Shown here piece by piece: positions 10,301-22,300 of a stretch of DNA of 64,000 bases; position 1 is the stretch's first letter, and each line of letters begins with the position of its first letter. The notes under the pieces were generated by a model that was given only the letters and a program-made list of their open reading frames with translations, did no database searches and had not been told where the DNA came from. Where the stretch lies: positions 164,459 through 228,458 of the IMG/VR virus record IMGVR_UViG_3300035698_010479. The stretch is one strand, 5' to 3'. The translations under genes and the position numbers were made by a program.

Positions 10301-13300
10301 AACTAAGAGCATTCTTTAATTCATCCTTACTAGCACCACCCAAACTTTCAGTTGTTTGAGAAGATACTTCACGCATGGAATTAAAATCTTGTTCATTTAT
10401 GGGCGTTCCACGGTCAACTAAACTATTCATTAAATCGTTTAATTTTTTGTAACCATTATCTAGACTAACTATAGCAGATCTATCAGATTCCTTATTTTTG
10501 GATACTCCAGCAGTATCAAAATCGGTATAATTGTTATCAGCTATGCGCTCTTGTATTTTTATACGGGAAGAAGCAATTGCTGCCTGATAATCTTGTCCTG
10601 GCCTAATCGCGTCACGTATAGCTTGCGAAGAACGTAATCTCTCTTCATGTTGTTTGTATTCTTCTTGTTTCTTTGGTAGATTAGCATTTCCTAGTTTGGC
10701 CTGCATCCATTCCTGAGGAGAAGTACTTTGCCCATGCATAGTTTTAAGATACTGTGCCTTCTCTATATCAAACTGGTTGGACTTACCGCTTATTAAAGTA
10801 CCTCCACCATTTCTAGCAAAATCCTCACGCTGATTTATATCTATTTGTTGAGGTGCAAATGGACTTGAACCTCCATATAAACTATCCAATTTACTTTGCA
10901 GACCGGATGCCCCCATAGAGGCAGCATACATTGAAGTTTTTACACTAACAATAGCAGTTTCAAATTGTTTTGCTGCATCGGTGGCTTCCATAAAATTACT
11001 CATCTTCATACTAGCAACTTCTAGTGCATGTCCAGTTTCTTCTAACTCCTTTTTAGCTGCAGCAAGTGCTAAAGTTTTTGTAACAATATCACCTGATACT
11101 ATACTAGCTTGAGCACCCTTACCAAAGTAACCGTTATTAGATGTTTGAGGGTCTTCTAATTTAAGATTATTTAAGGTATCTTCTAACTCTTTAACTTTCT
11201 GTAATTGTCCATCATATAAATTAGTATTTACTTTATATTGTGACATAGTATCTTTCATACCAGCACTTGCTTGAAGATGTGCATATTGTGTGTTACTTAT
11301 ACTATCCACACTATTAGGTATTAAAGATATATCATTTGTAGCACCTCTTAGTCTACCACCCATACCTCTATTATTAACATTATACAATGCATCAGTACGT
11401 ACACTGGTAATAGTAGCAAGTTTATTTTTAATATTCTCTATAGTTCTAGCTGCTGCGTCTGTCTCTTTAATTACAGAATGTAATGCTACCCTATAGCCAT
11501 CTTGTTTTTCTGTAACATTTTCAAGTTCTTTACCTATGTCTTTTAAAAAATCGTCCCATTTTTCAAGTTCATCAGCATCAGTAGCTTGTGATCTATTCTG
11601 CAAACCAGCATTCATCCTCGAAGTAAGACCTACTTTTTTATCTTCTAAAGCTGAGTACTCTTTTAAAACATTCTGTCCTCTATATTTATGGTTCAGAGAG
11701 TCCTCTGGATTAACAGAGTTTATAACCCTTAAAGAGAAATTTTTAAAATCCTCGGCCCAATCTGTTGGCCCGTAAATACCTTTTTGATCTTCTTTTCTTT
11801 TTTGAACTAGTTGGTAAAGTTCCATACTATTTAAATCGGTAACCCCTTTGGTTTCTATATTTAAATCTTTAGGTCCAGAGAAGCCCTCAAAAGCACCAGT
11901 ACCAAGTTTAAGAGAATTCTTAAAATTTTCAGCAAAATTAGCATCAGCTATTGACTTATTCATAGCCTCAATCTGCATTAAGAATTTTTCAGCAATATCT
12001 GCCTTTCTCATCTCTTCTTTTAGTGTGGCTATCTCTTTATTATACTTGTCATGCTCAGATATTAAAGAACTTTCAATAGCCGCAGTATCATCAAGTGCTT
12101 TATTATATTCTTTCGCAGTATCAAAAATTCTGGATACTTCTTCAGTGGGTACCTCTGCCCCGTTGTTACCGTCAGCCATTGGGTTACGTGTAGTATCATA
12201 AACTTTTTGAGCTGCCTCTGAATTAGCAAGTATAGCATCATATATTGCAGTGTTTTCACCCTCGGCTAAATTACCTAAGTCTGTTGCTTTGGTTTTATCA
12301 GCTGATTTCTCTGCAGCGTACCTTGATAAAGTAAATGCTGAAGCAGCAGCTGCCGCTTGAGCGAACCTATTCACACTATCTTGGTCAAGTGATACAACAG
12401 ACGCTGGTAAACTAGAAACTTCACCACCATTGGTATATCCCCTAACTACACCACCATTAGCAAAAGAAGTCTTTTGTCCGTGTTGTAATTTTTTTAGGTT
12501 TGTCTCACCTATTTTAGAAGCGTCTTCAGGTGATATAAAGTATTCCCCATTACTTACACGTATATCTGATTTTGCTGACCCGCCGGATGCAAACTCGATC
12601 TGTTCTTTAGCATTCTGTGCATACTTAGAAGGTACTATAAAAGAACCGTCTGGCACGTCATTCATATTGATAGAGTCAGATGTACCTGTTCCAGGACCTT
12701 TAATCATACCTGAACCTACAGTACCACCGCCAGCATGTCCAGCTAAAGAGTCGTTATACTTATCGTAAATGTCTTCATCTTCATTTAAATTTGCATATAA
12801 TAGTGAGCCTCCAGCAGCTCCTAAAGTTCCTGTAGCAAGCGCCTCATACATTTTAGGATTTGCCTTCTTAAATGCCTCATAGGCACTAGGGGAAGCCGTA
12901 GCGGTTGCTTTAATTGCAGCTGTAGTTTTTCGAGCACCTGTTACTAAATTTTTATTTTGTAAAATTTTCCCTATTTCGGCCAAACCAGAGGCAGCTGCTC
13001 CTATACCTAAACCAACGCCTGTACCAGTTAATTTTAATAAACCCTTAAGCCCTGTAGATATAAAACCACCACTAGCGTAAGATTCCTCTTCATTGTTAAG
13101 CAAGGAATAAGCACCTAAAGATCCTGCGGCAATTGCAGAATATTTTAATTTTGACATTTTAGATAGTTTATCCTGCAAGCCAGCTTTTGTATTTTTTATA
13201 TCTTCTAAATTAGGTGCTTTACTAGATATAAAATCCTTACCCATAAGTGCACCATCAATTAAGAAACTGGCAGCTGTACCAACACCAGGAATGTTACTAA

Positions 13301-16300
13301 CTAATCCAGAAGCCATTTCCATACCGGCACCTAGATAGTCACCTATGGCTGCTCTTTCAGCAGCAAATCCTGCGGCGGCTACTGTACCTATGCCTGGTAT
13401 CTTTTTAAGGCCTATCTTACTTGCAGCCTTAGCTGTATATTTACCTATAGTGCCTTTTGTGTTACTTATAGCATCCCCTAAAAACATTTTAGTTACTTCA
13501 GAATTAAAACCAGCTTTCTTACCAAAAGAAGCTGCAATATCAGCTCCTTTTGTTTCAGCAGTAGCTTGGAAAGCTTTAAGCTTGTCTAAGGTATCAGCCC
13601 CAAACCCCGTGGCCTTACTGTAGCCTAATGGGTCTGATACTGCACCTTTTAAAAGAGTAGCTTGATAACGAGCTTTTTCTAAAGTATCCCCTAAAAACAT
13701 TTTAGTTACTTCAGAATTAAAACCAGCTTTCTTACCAAAAGAAGCTGCAATATCAGCTCCTTTTGTTTCAGCAGTAGCTTGGAAAGCTTTAAGCTTGTCT
13801 AATCTGTCATTAACGTAGCCGCCGTCAGCGTACATAACTGGTGGACCATTTTTTAAAGCGTCTAATACTGGTTTTAACTTTTTACGCTGTTCTTCAGTTA
13901 AAACTTCCTCACCTGCAGTAAGTAGGGATGGTTGTACATCACCTGTACCTGGTACTATTTGTTTAACGGTACCACCAGTAGAAAACTTTTGTATGAAACC
14001 TCCAGCAGCATTACCTGGAGTAGATTCAGAACTACCATTAACTGCATCTGTATTGTTTTTTAATGCTTCAACTAAGGCGTCCAATGCGCCTAAAGATGCT
14101 GTAGCTGCGTAATCAGCTGCTTTACCTGTAAATTCTCCGGCTGAAGACATTTTACCTTTTATATCTTCGTAAGACTCACCAGTTTTTATCTTAGCACCCT
14201 CATATACTTTTGAAGCTTCTTCTTTGAGGTTGACCTCCTCACCACGTGCCATTTTATCCGCAGAAGATTTAATAGCATCTTGGCTTGTGGTTTTAACATA
14301 CTCTTTTAACTCAGCTAATTTATCTTTTAAATCTTGTGCACCTTGATTAACAGATTCCTTTGTATTTTCGCGTAAGTCTGCATTTGGATTTTCTACTTTA
14401 CGTTTAAATTCTTTAGCTTTCCATTCAGCGTCAAATACAACGTTATCTTTTGTATTACTAAATGATTTTGATGCAGCTGAATATTTTGCATCTCTATCAT
14501 CATTTTCCTTATTAGGTGTTACCTTAAGGTCTAAGGTTTCTTCTGTAAACTGCTTCATAAAACCTTCAGAGGCATCCTTAAATCTACTAGCAGCTTTACC
14601 TTGTTTTAGTGTACTGAATATACCATCGTCTTTCATTGCTGCAGCAAATATCGTAACTTCTTTACCAAAATCTTTTACCAACGGTGGCAAATCATCACCG
14701 GTCATACCTTGATTTAATTTAGCTGCACCATAAACACCAAGAGCTGCCCCGCCTGCACCAATTCGTTTGATATTGTCTTCGGACATTCCTAAATTACGCG
14801 CTAAAAGCATACCGCCAGAAGTACCACCGGCAGCATATCGCATAGTACCATACATTCTAGCTTTCTTCTCTTCTGCAGCTTTGGCAGTTGTGAGTGACTC
14901 CATCTGAGGAGCATAGTCAATGAAGCCTACTTCGTTCTCTCTCTTTTTTAGATCTTGAATTTCTTTTTCATAATTTTCAATCTTCTTATTTGAGAAGTTG
15001 CTATTAAAGGCTTGGTATACACCAAAACCAGTAGCGGCTCCGGCTATATTTTTTGAGTTTAGTATTGTGCTCTCTTTTGACTTAGCTATATTTTCAGCTT
15101 GTATGCTCTGTACACCCTCTACAGTTTTATCGAAAGTAGGTGTACCTTTCTTGGTTACTAAACCAAACCAAGATTTTTCGTCAGGCATATTAGCTTTCAT
15201 TTCTGAAGATAATGTTTTGAAATCCAAACCACCAAAAGCTCTCTGAATAAGTTCTTCACCTTTGAAGTCGCCTGAACCAAATATACCACTATTTACTTTA
15301 TTAGTAGCACCAACTATACCCATACGGTCTACCAACTGCTTAGTAAGGTTATCTAAAGCAGCATTTGCTTTAGTAGTTTTATCAACATCTCCAGCAGAAG
15401 CTGCCTCATTTCTAATAGATGCTACCCGGTCTAATGCCTCGCTTAAACGTTCATTTTTAGTAATATTTGGCGATGGTAACATGAAATCCAATGCGTCCAT
15501 AAAACTAGTTTGCATAGCTTCAGAACCAGCCGTATCCGATAGATTATTTAGTATTTCATCTAATTTATCTACAGTTTTAGCAGTGTTCTCCGCAGTATTA
15601 CTAGTATCTATCTTAAGTTCTGCAATACCTAAATCACCTGTCTTAGCTACTATGTCTGTGTATTTAGCAAAATCCTTATCACCTATAGTCGAACCAAAAC
15701 CACCTGATAGATTTTTTATACTTTCTAGAGCTACTTTTGATCTTTCTACAGTATACATCTGTTCAGCTTTACCAGATTTTCTAATTTCTAACTCTTTAAG
15801 TTTTTTGGAGTTTTCTTCAAATTTAGAAGACTTTATTAATAATCGTTCTTGTGAAGATAAATCTGCCTTATTATATTTACCTAAATCTACGTTGGCTAAT
15901 GAAGCATCTCTACCTTTTAATAGACCAGAAGTTTCTTTTGATAAAGGAGATCTTGTCTTCTCTACTGCTATGTTTTCCTTAACAGCACGAGTATTAGCTT
16001 CCATAGTTTTAGTCAAATCAGCGAATACTGCACGATACTGTAAAACTACTTGATTATTTCTAAGTATATTTTGAAGCTTCATTAGAGACTCGTAAAGACC
16101 AGTCGACATTTCAACACTACTTGTGTCCAAACCGTCAAGATGCATTTTTTCCAACTGCTCTAAACTAGTTTTGTATTCATGGAGAGGTTTATTGTAATAT
16201 TTTTCAAAATCATCAGCCCAACCTTTCTGAAAAGGTGACTCACCAAAACCTTCAGTAGGATTAAAACCTTTATCTCCTTGAATAATAGTAGATGTACTAA

Positions 16301-19300
16301 TGTCGCTAAAGAAACGTTCTCCAAGATTGAAGTCTGTTTTGAACCCCTTCTTAGCTAGACCTACTAACCCTGCACTGGCACCAGTAATAATAGTACCTAA
16401 CGCATCTATTCTTTCGGACATATCTTGTTCTATAACTTTAGTTGGTAATATAGATTCAACTAAATCCTGCATATTATTATCAAATTTACGTTCGTCTATT
16501 TTTAAAGTCTTAGAGTTAAAGTAAGTAGCTACCCATTCAAATATACCATCTGAAGTTTCCTTAAGTTTTACAATGGCTTGTTGTCCTGCCATATTGAAAC
16601 CTTTGGCAGCGTCATCTGTAAAAGTAACTAGGTCACCGCTTAATACTTTACCCTCTCTTTTTGATACACCAGCAGTTTCTGTATTAGCTACACTAAGTGC
16701 TTTAGTAGCACCAAGATTATTACTTTCAGGGAACAAACGTTTCATTACCTCTGCTCCTAATACATCCTCTTTTGTAACCTTTCCTTTCACACCTTTAACA
16801 TTAAACTGGGGCTCAACGTCTATCATCAACTGATAGCCCGCCTGTAATTCGTCAGCACCCATTATACTAGCTACTTCGTCTTTACCAAAACCAGCTGTTG
16901 GTATGTTTGATAATGATCTTTTAAATTCAGAATATGTAACATTAAAAGTATCTTTAATCTTAGCCAATTTACCCTGTAGATTTTTTATATCGTCATCATA
17001 AACTGTGGACATGGGCGAAGCGTTTTTCTTTGCAACTAAATTATTAAGCTTTCCTGTAAGTATTTCAAGACTTTTAGCAGGTGCTACACTTATCTGATTA
17101 CTTATTAATTCACCTATAATAGGTATCTCTTTAGTAAGGTCTTTAAGTTCACTCTTCCACGTTTCAGAACCATCTGTTTTTGTTAGTGCCTCTATATGTC
17201 TAGCAGCAACACTAGAATCCTTTGCGGCTAAATCTCTAACTTTAGACCTCTCAAAAGTATTTAAAAGTGTTTGATAATTATCAGAAGTTCTTAGGATAAC
17301 ATTACCAAGCTTGTCGTAACCAGAGATCATATTTGTATTTTCTCTAGCTATTTTTTCACCTAATTTTAATGCGTCTGTCTGTACAGATGATAGGGCATTT
17401 AAAGGATTAACATAGGTACCAAGATACTTCTGTCTATCAGCAGTTGCTGGGTCTTCACTTTTAGCTACATCCTTTAACTTTCTCTTAATATCCCCTGTAG
17501 ATTTTTCAGTATCTCTGATACTAAACAAATCTGTCTCATCTTTTGTTATGGCACCATACATAGAATCAGCAAAATCTTTAGAAGATCTTGTCGTCTTCAT
17601 GAATTCAGCGCCAAGTGTTTTTATAGCGGGTGTCAACAAACCCAAAGTTAATAACATTGGTGCCATAGATTTTATAACACCTGCGTTATCTTTGGCCCAG
17701 TTTTTAAATATATCCCCACCGGCACCTAATTTTTTTGAAAACTCATCTATAAAGATACCAGCAGCAGCACCACCTAATCCAGCCACCTCTGTTGCCACAC
17801 CTAGGAAAGATGAAGCAACTTTACCTATACCTTTCATACCGCCTAAAGCAAATGCACCTTTTACGCCTTCTGATTTAGAATATTTTGATGCTGCCCCACC
17901 TGCCAAATCTTTATATGTAACATCTTCGTCTTTTCCATATTTACCACCGCCTAGCGATGATACAACGGCACTCAACCAAGAGCTACCTCTAACCATAGAT
18001 TGTCCAAAACCCTGACCAGCTTTACCAGTACCTTGTAAACCCCCTCCTACTGTGTCATTAAAAGATTTTCCAGCTGATACTAACATGTAAGCAGCCTTTC
18101 CTAAAGCTGATTCAAAATCTCTAATACCTTTACCCTGGCCTCTGCCTTCTACTTGGTCAGCTACTAATGTTTTCAAACCTCTTGAAGATGGGTCAGTAGC
18201 CCCTGCACCCATTATTTCAAAAGAAGCTGTTTTAAGTTCATCTTTTATAGAACCTATTAAATTACCAACTATAGGTGTACCACCAGAAAAGAAGTTAGAT
18301 ATAGTATCTAGAATTTTAGCGCCTTTAGATAAATAGGTAAATAACCCTAACGCGGCTACACTGGCTATCTTAAAAGAGGCTGGTATAGCAGAGACAGTTT
18401 CAGCCATAGCTCGCATACCCTGAAGACCAAACTTGGCTGCTGGGAAAGCTATTTTACCAAAAGCCAACTGTAATTCTAGGGAAGCTGACTTGGTCTGTTC
18501 AACTTGTTTCGAGTAAGTCTGCATTAACTCTGCATTTCTTCTTGAAGCCGAACCTTGTGAATTCATACTATCTTGCACGCCGTCCAATGCTTCCTGCCAG
18601 TTATCCATAAGAACAAGTAAAGAGTTATATTGTCTAGTACCACCTATAGCCTGTGCTACAGTTAGTTTCTGGGCACTATTTAACTCTTTCCATTTCTCTG
18701 CTAGGCCGCTAAGAATATCAAAGCCGCCACGTAACTCACCTGCACCGGTTATAGTAGGAACATTAAGCTTAGCCAACTCATTAGGTCCTTTCTCAGAAGA
18801 TAATCTTCTCATTATAAATCTCAAGGAAGTACCTACCTCTTTACCAGACTGTCTAGTAACAGAACCTATAGAGGCCACAATACCGTTTAACTGGTCAAAA
18901 GTAATACCAGCTGTGCTAGCAGCTGCTGCTGACTTTTTAATAGCTTCAGCCATATCACCTGCTGTAATAGCATGTTTAGATTCAACTTCAGACCATGAAT
19001 CTAAGAAACGCATAGATCTATCACCCTCAGTTCTAAACACCTTCATAGCTGCGGTAAGAGCTTCTGTAGCATCTTTTGCTTTTAACGTAGTAACGTTAGC
19101 AGCCAACATAGATGTGTTAGTTCTATCGGTAACTTCTGATTGAGACAAGCCCTGTTGCGCGTATACAACCATAGCATCTATAACACCAGTAGTACCGGTG
19201 CCATACTCTTTGGCCATACCAACAGCCGATTTCTGTAAACCGGAAAAATCTGTAGTTTTAGCTGGCATAACCATTTTTAATCTTGCCATACCTACTTCTA

Positions 19301-22300
19301 CTTCTGCTACTGTTTCAACTGCCTCTTTTAATTTATCTACGCCGCCATAAATTAATGAAGAAGCTGCGCCCCATTTTACAGCTCTCTCAATAGCCCCTAA
19401 GAAGCCTCTATTGGCACCAGCTAGAGAAGCTGCCATATCTTCTTGTTTTGCTGTAAAAATACCTACTGTTTGTCCTGCAGTATCTACAGACTCACTTAAT
19501 TTATGAAAAAGAACTCGTTGATTTTCGATAGGTTTACCAGAATCATCAAATACCTTAGCATCATAAGTATAACGCTCTCCTACCTTTGCACCACCCTCTT
19601 CGTTACCTTTACCGTAGTATTCCCGTAATTTTGATATATTGCGTTTATGTAAGTTAGCTTGCATTTCTGGATCGGCCCATTTAGGTACCTGTACAACACC
19701 CGTGTCACCCCATACACCTGGTCCACCAGGTTGTGTTTTTCTTCCCATATCAACTTTAGAGAGCTTATTTTCTGCGTCTTTTAAAAGTTTAATAGTAGTT
19801 TCTAAATTCTTACTTTCTACAGATAGTGGGCTATCAGAGACATTAAACTGTTTAAATAACTCTAAAGCACTTCTAAGTCTTGTTACTCTCTCTGCGGCAC
19901 CCTCAAAATTCCAGGCCTCAGCAATCTCAGGTCCTAGTCTTTCCAGTAATCTACCATTACTCATGAGAGCTATGGATTCATCGTTCATTTCTGTAAGGTC
20001 TTTTATAGCATTTCTTGCTTTGTCTGTAGGTGCAGTTATATTACCTCTATTTTTACCAGAAAGATCTCCTGTTATATCATCAAATACTTTTTTAAGTAAG
20101 TCACTATCTGGATCAGTTATATCACCTAAATCCCTATTTGATTTTCTTTGTATATCTACAGGAGCTTGATATACACCAGCTGCTTTAGCTATATCTGGAA
20201 AAGCCCAAACTTTATTAGCAGTATATATGTCGCTTCTTTTACCAGTATCATCCGTTATTTTTTTCTGTACAGCAGTAACAGCTGATTCTAGTCTATTATA
20301 AGCCTTACCTTCTTCATTACCACCCATACCTTTAACACTTTCATAAGCTATTTGGGCTTCCTCTGCCTTATCCATTAAATACCCTACTACAGCGTCTTTA
20401 TATAGCCGCCACGCAGTAGATATGTCTTTACCCGACATACCCTGTGCAGGATCTTGTTGATTCAATATACGGGCATTTTTAGTGAAATCTAGGAATTCTG
20501 ATACATCTATACCTCCACGGTCTTTTGCCCCTTCGATATAATCCTGAGCTTCTGTTGTAAGTTTCTTAGCTTCATTATTAAAATCCATACCCCTAGCTTC
20601 ATACAAAGATTTGGAAGCGTCCCTTAATAATTGTAAATTAGACAACTCTACTGACGGGCCTGTTCCTTCATGTGGTTGTAATGTTTGTGCTCTACCCGCA
20701 GCTGATTTACGTTGTTCTTCCGTAGTTTTAAATTTATCTACAGTTTGATTTATATTTCCTATACCTGAGTCATCATCTTTAAACGCACCTGTGGTATAAG
20801 CAGAATTACCTGTATTGCCAAGATTAGCGGAGTCTATTAATTGGCCTAATAATTTTACAGGGAATACTAGACTAGCATTAATACCTTCAATGAATACTGG
20901 AATTACTCCTCCAGTTGTTGGTATAGCTAGTTTAGTACCTTCTGGTGGACTAGGTGGTAAGTTGCCTCCTGTTACGCCTGTATTAAATGCTGGGTGTGGT
21001 GGCTCTTCACCTCTATTAGTATTGTACTCAACCCCAGTTTGATTTTGTGGTGTAATAGTAGGTATAACACTTGCTGATTCTTGAGTTTTAAATACTCCAA
21101 GAGATGCGTTAGCTATAGCATCTTTATCTTCAGTAACACCTATAGATATATCTCTTCCAGCTGTTGGTAATGGATCTTTTCTGTATCCTGATACTTCTGA
21201 AATTCTAGACATCCTGGCACGAAGTATTTCCAAGTCTCCTAGTTTATCATTATACTTAGAAATACTATCTATCTCTTCAGATTTAGCATTCTCAGGGATA
21301 TCCGATAATTTAGCTACATGTTCAGGAGAAGTAAGTATACTATTTTGCTTTCTATCACTTATAGGTGCTAAACCTAAAGTATTTTCCATGGAGCCTATTA
21401 ATTCTTTTATAGGTCCCATAGGTGCTTTACCTAAGGCAAACTGTTCACTAGTTGTTCCATATAGCAAACTACTAGCTTTAGAATAATCTTTTTGATTAAC
21501 ACCTTCTTTCCCTAGAGAATCAAAAGTCTTTACAAGCTCAGCGTAAGCGCCTTTACTTCTAAATGTCTTAGCTACTGAGTCCAAACCATCTTTAAATTGT
21601 TCATCGAAGGTATCATCTACTTGGAAACCACCAGTTCTAAATTTATACATAGGGTCATTAATATTAGTGACCATACTAGATACATCTATACCCTTAGGTG
21701 GGTTACCATCTTTAGGCTCATAACGTTTACTTAATATTTTATAAGCCACCTCAGCGCTCATTGGTTTTTCACTTTTAGCTTGAATACCCTTTATTGCTAA
21801 CTGTTCAATAGTACTTTGAAGATCTCTTAAAAACCCATCAAAGCCTAGATTCTTTACTAAAGTGTCAGTTAAGTCAGATCTATTCATATCAGAAACATTA
21901 CCTATGTTAGCACCTGTTGCTGCTACTTGATCTTTCAACTCTTGTGTAGAAAACTTACCAAAAGTATTTCTTAATGACTCCTCATTTATATTCTTAAACT
22001 TCTTTAAATCATCATAACTTTTATTTTTGTCAAGTTTCTGCATTAAGTCTGCTAAACCACTAGGACCTGTAGTAACACCTTTGACCAATTCACCAGCTAT
22101 TGGTCTCTCACCAGCATGTTTTACATCCATACCTTTTTGAATAGTAAATCTAAAGAACTCATTTAATTGAGTATTTCGTTCTCGTGTAACAAAGTCGTTA
22201 TCTATTTTTCCTGATTTAGTCTTATCAGAAAGAGCTATCTCACCTTCACCAAAACCACGTTTACTTTCATATGCACGCATAAGTTTAGTCATACTTTCAG

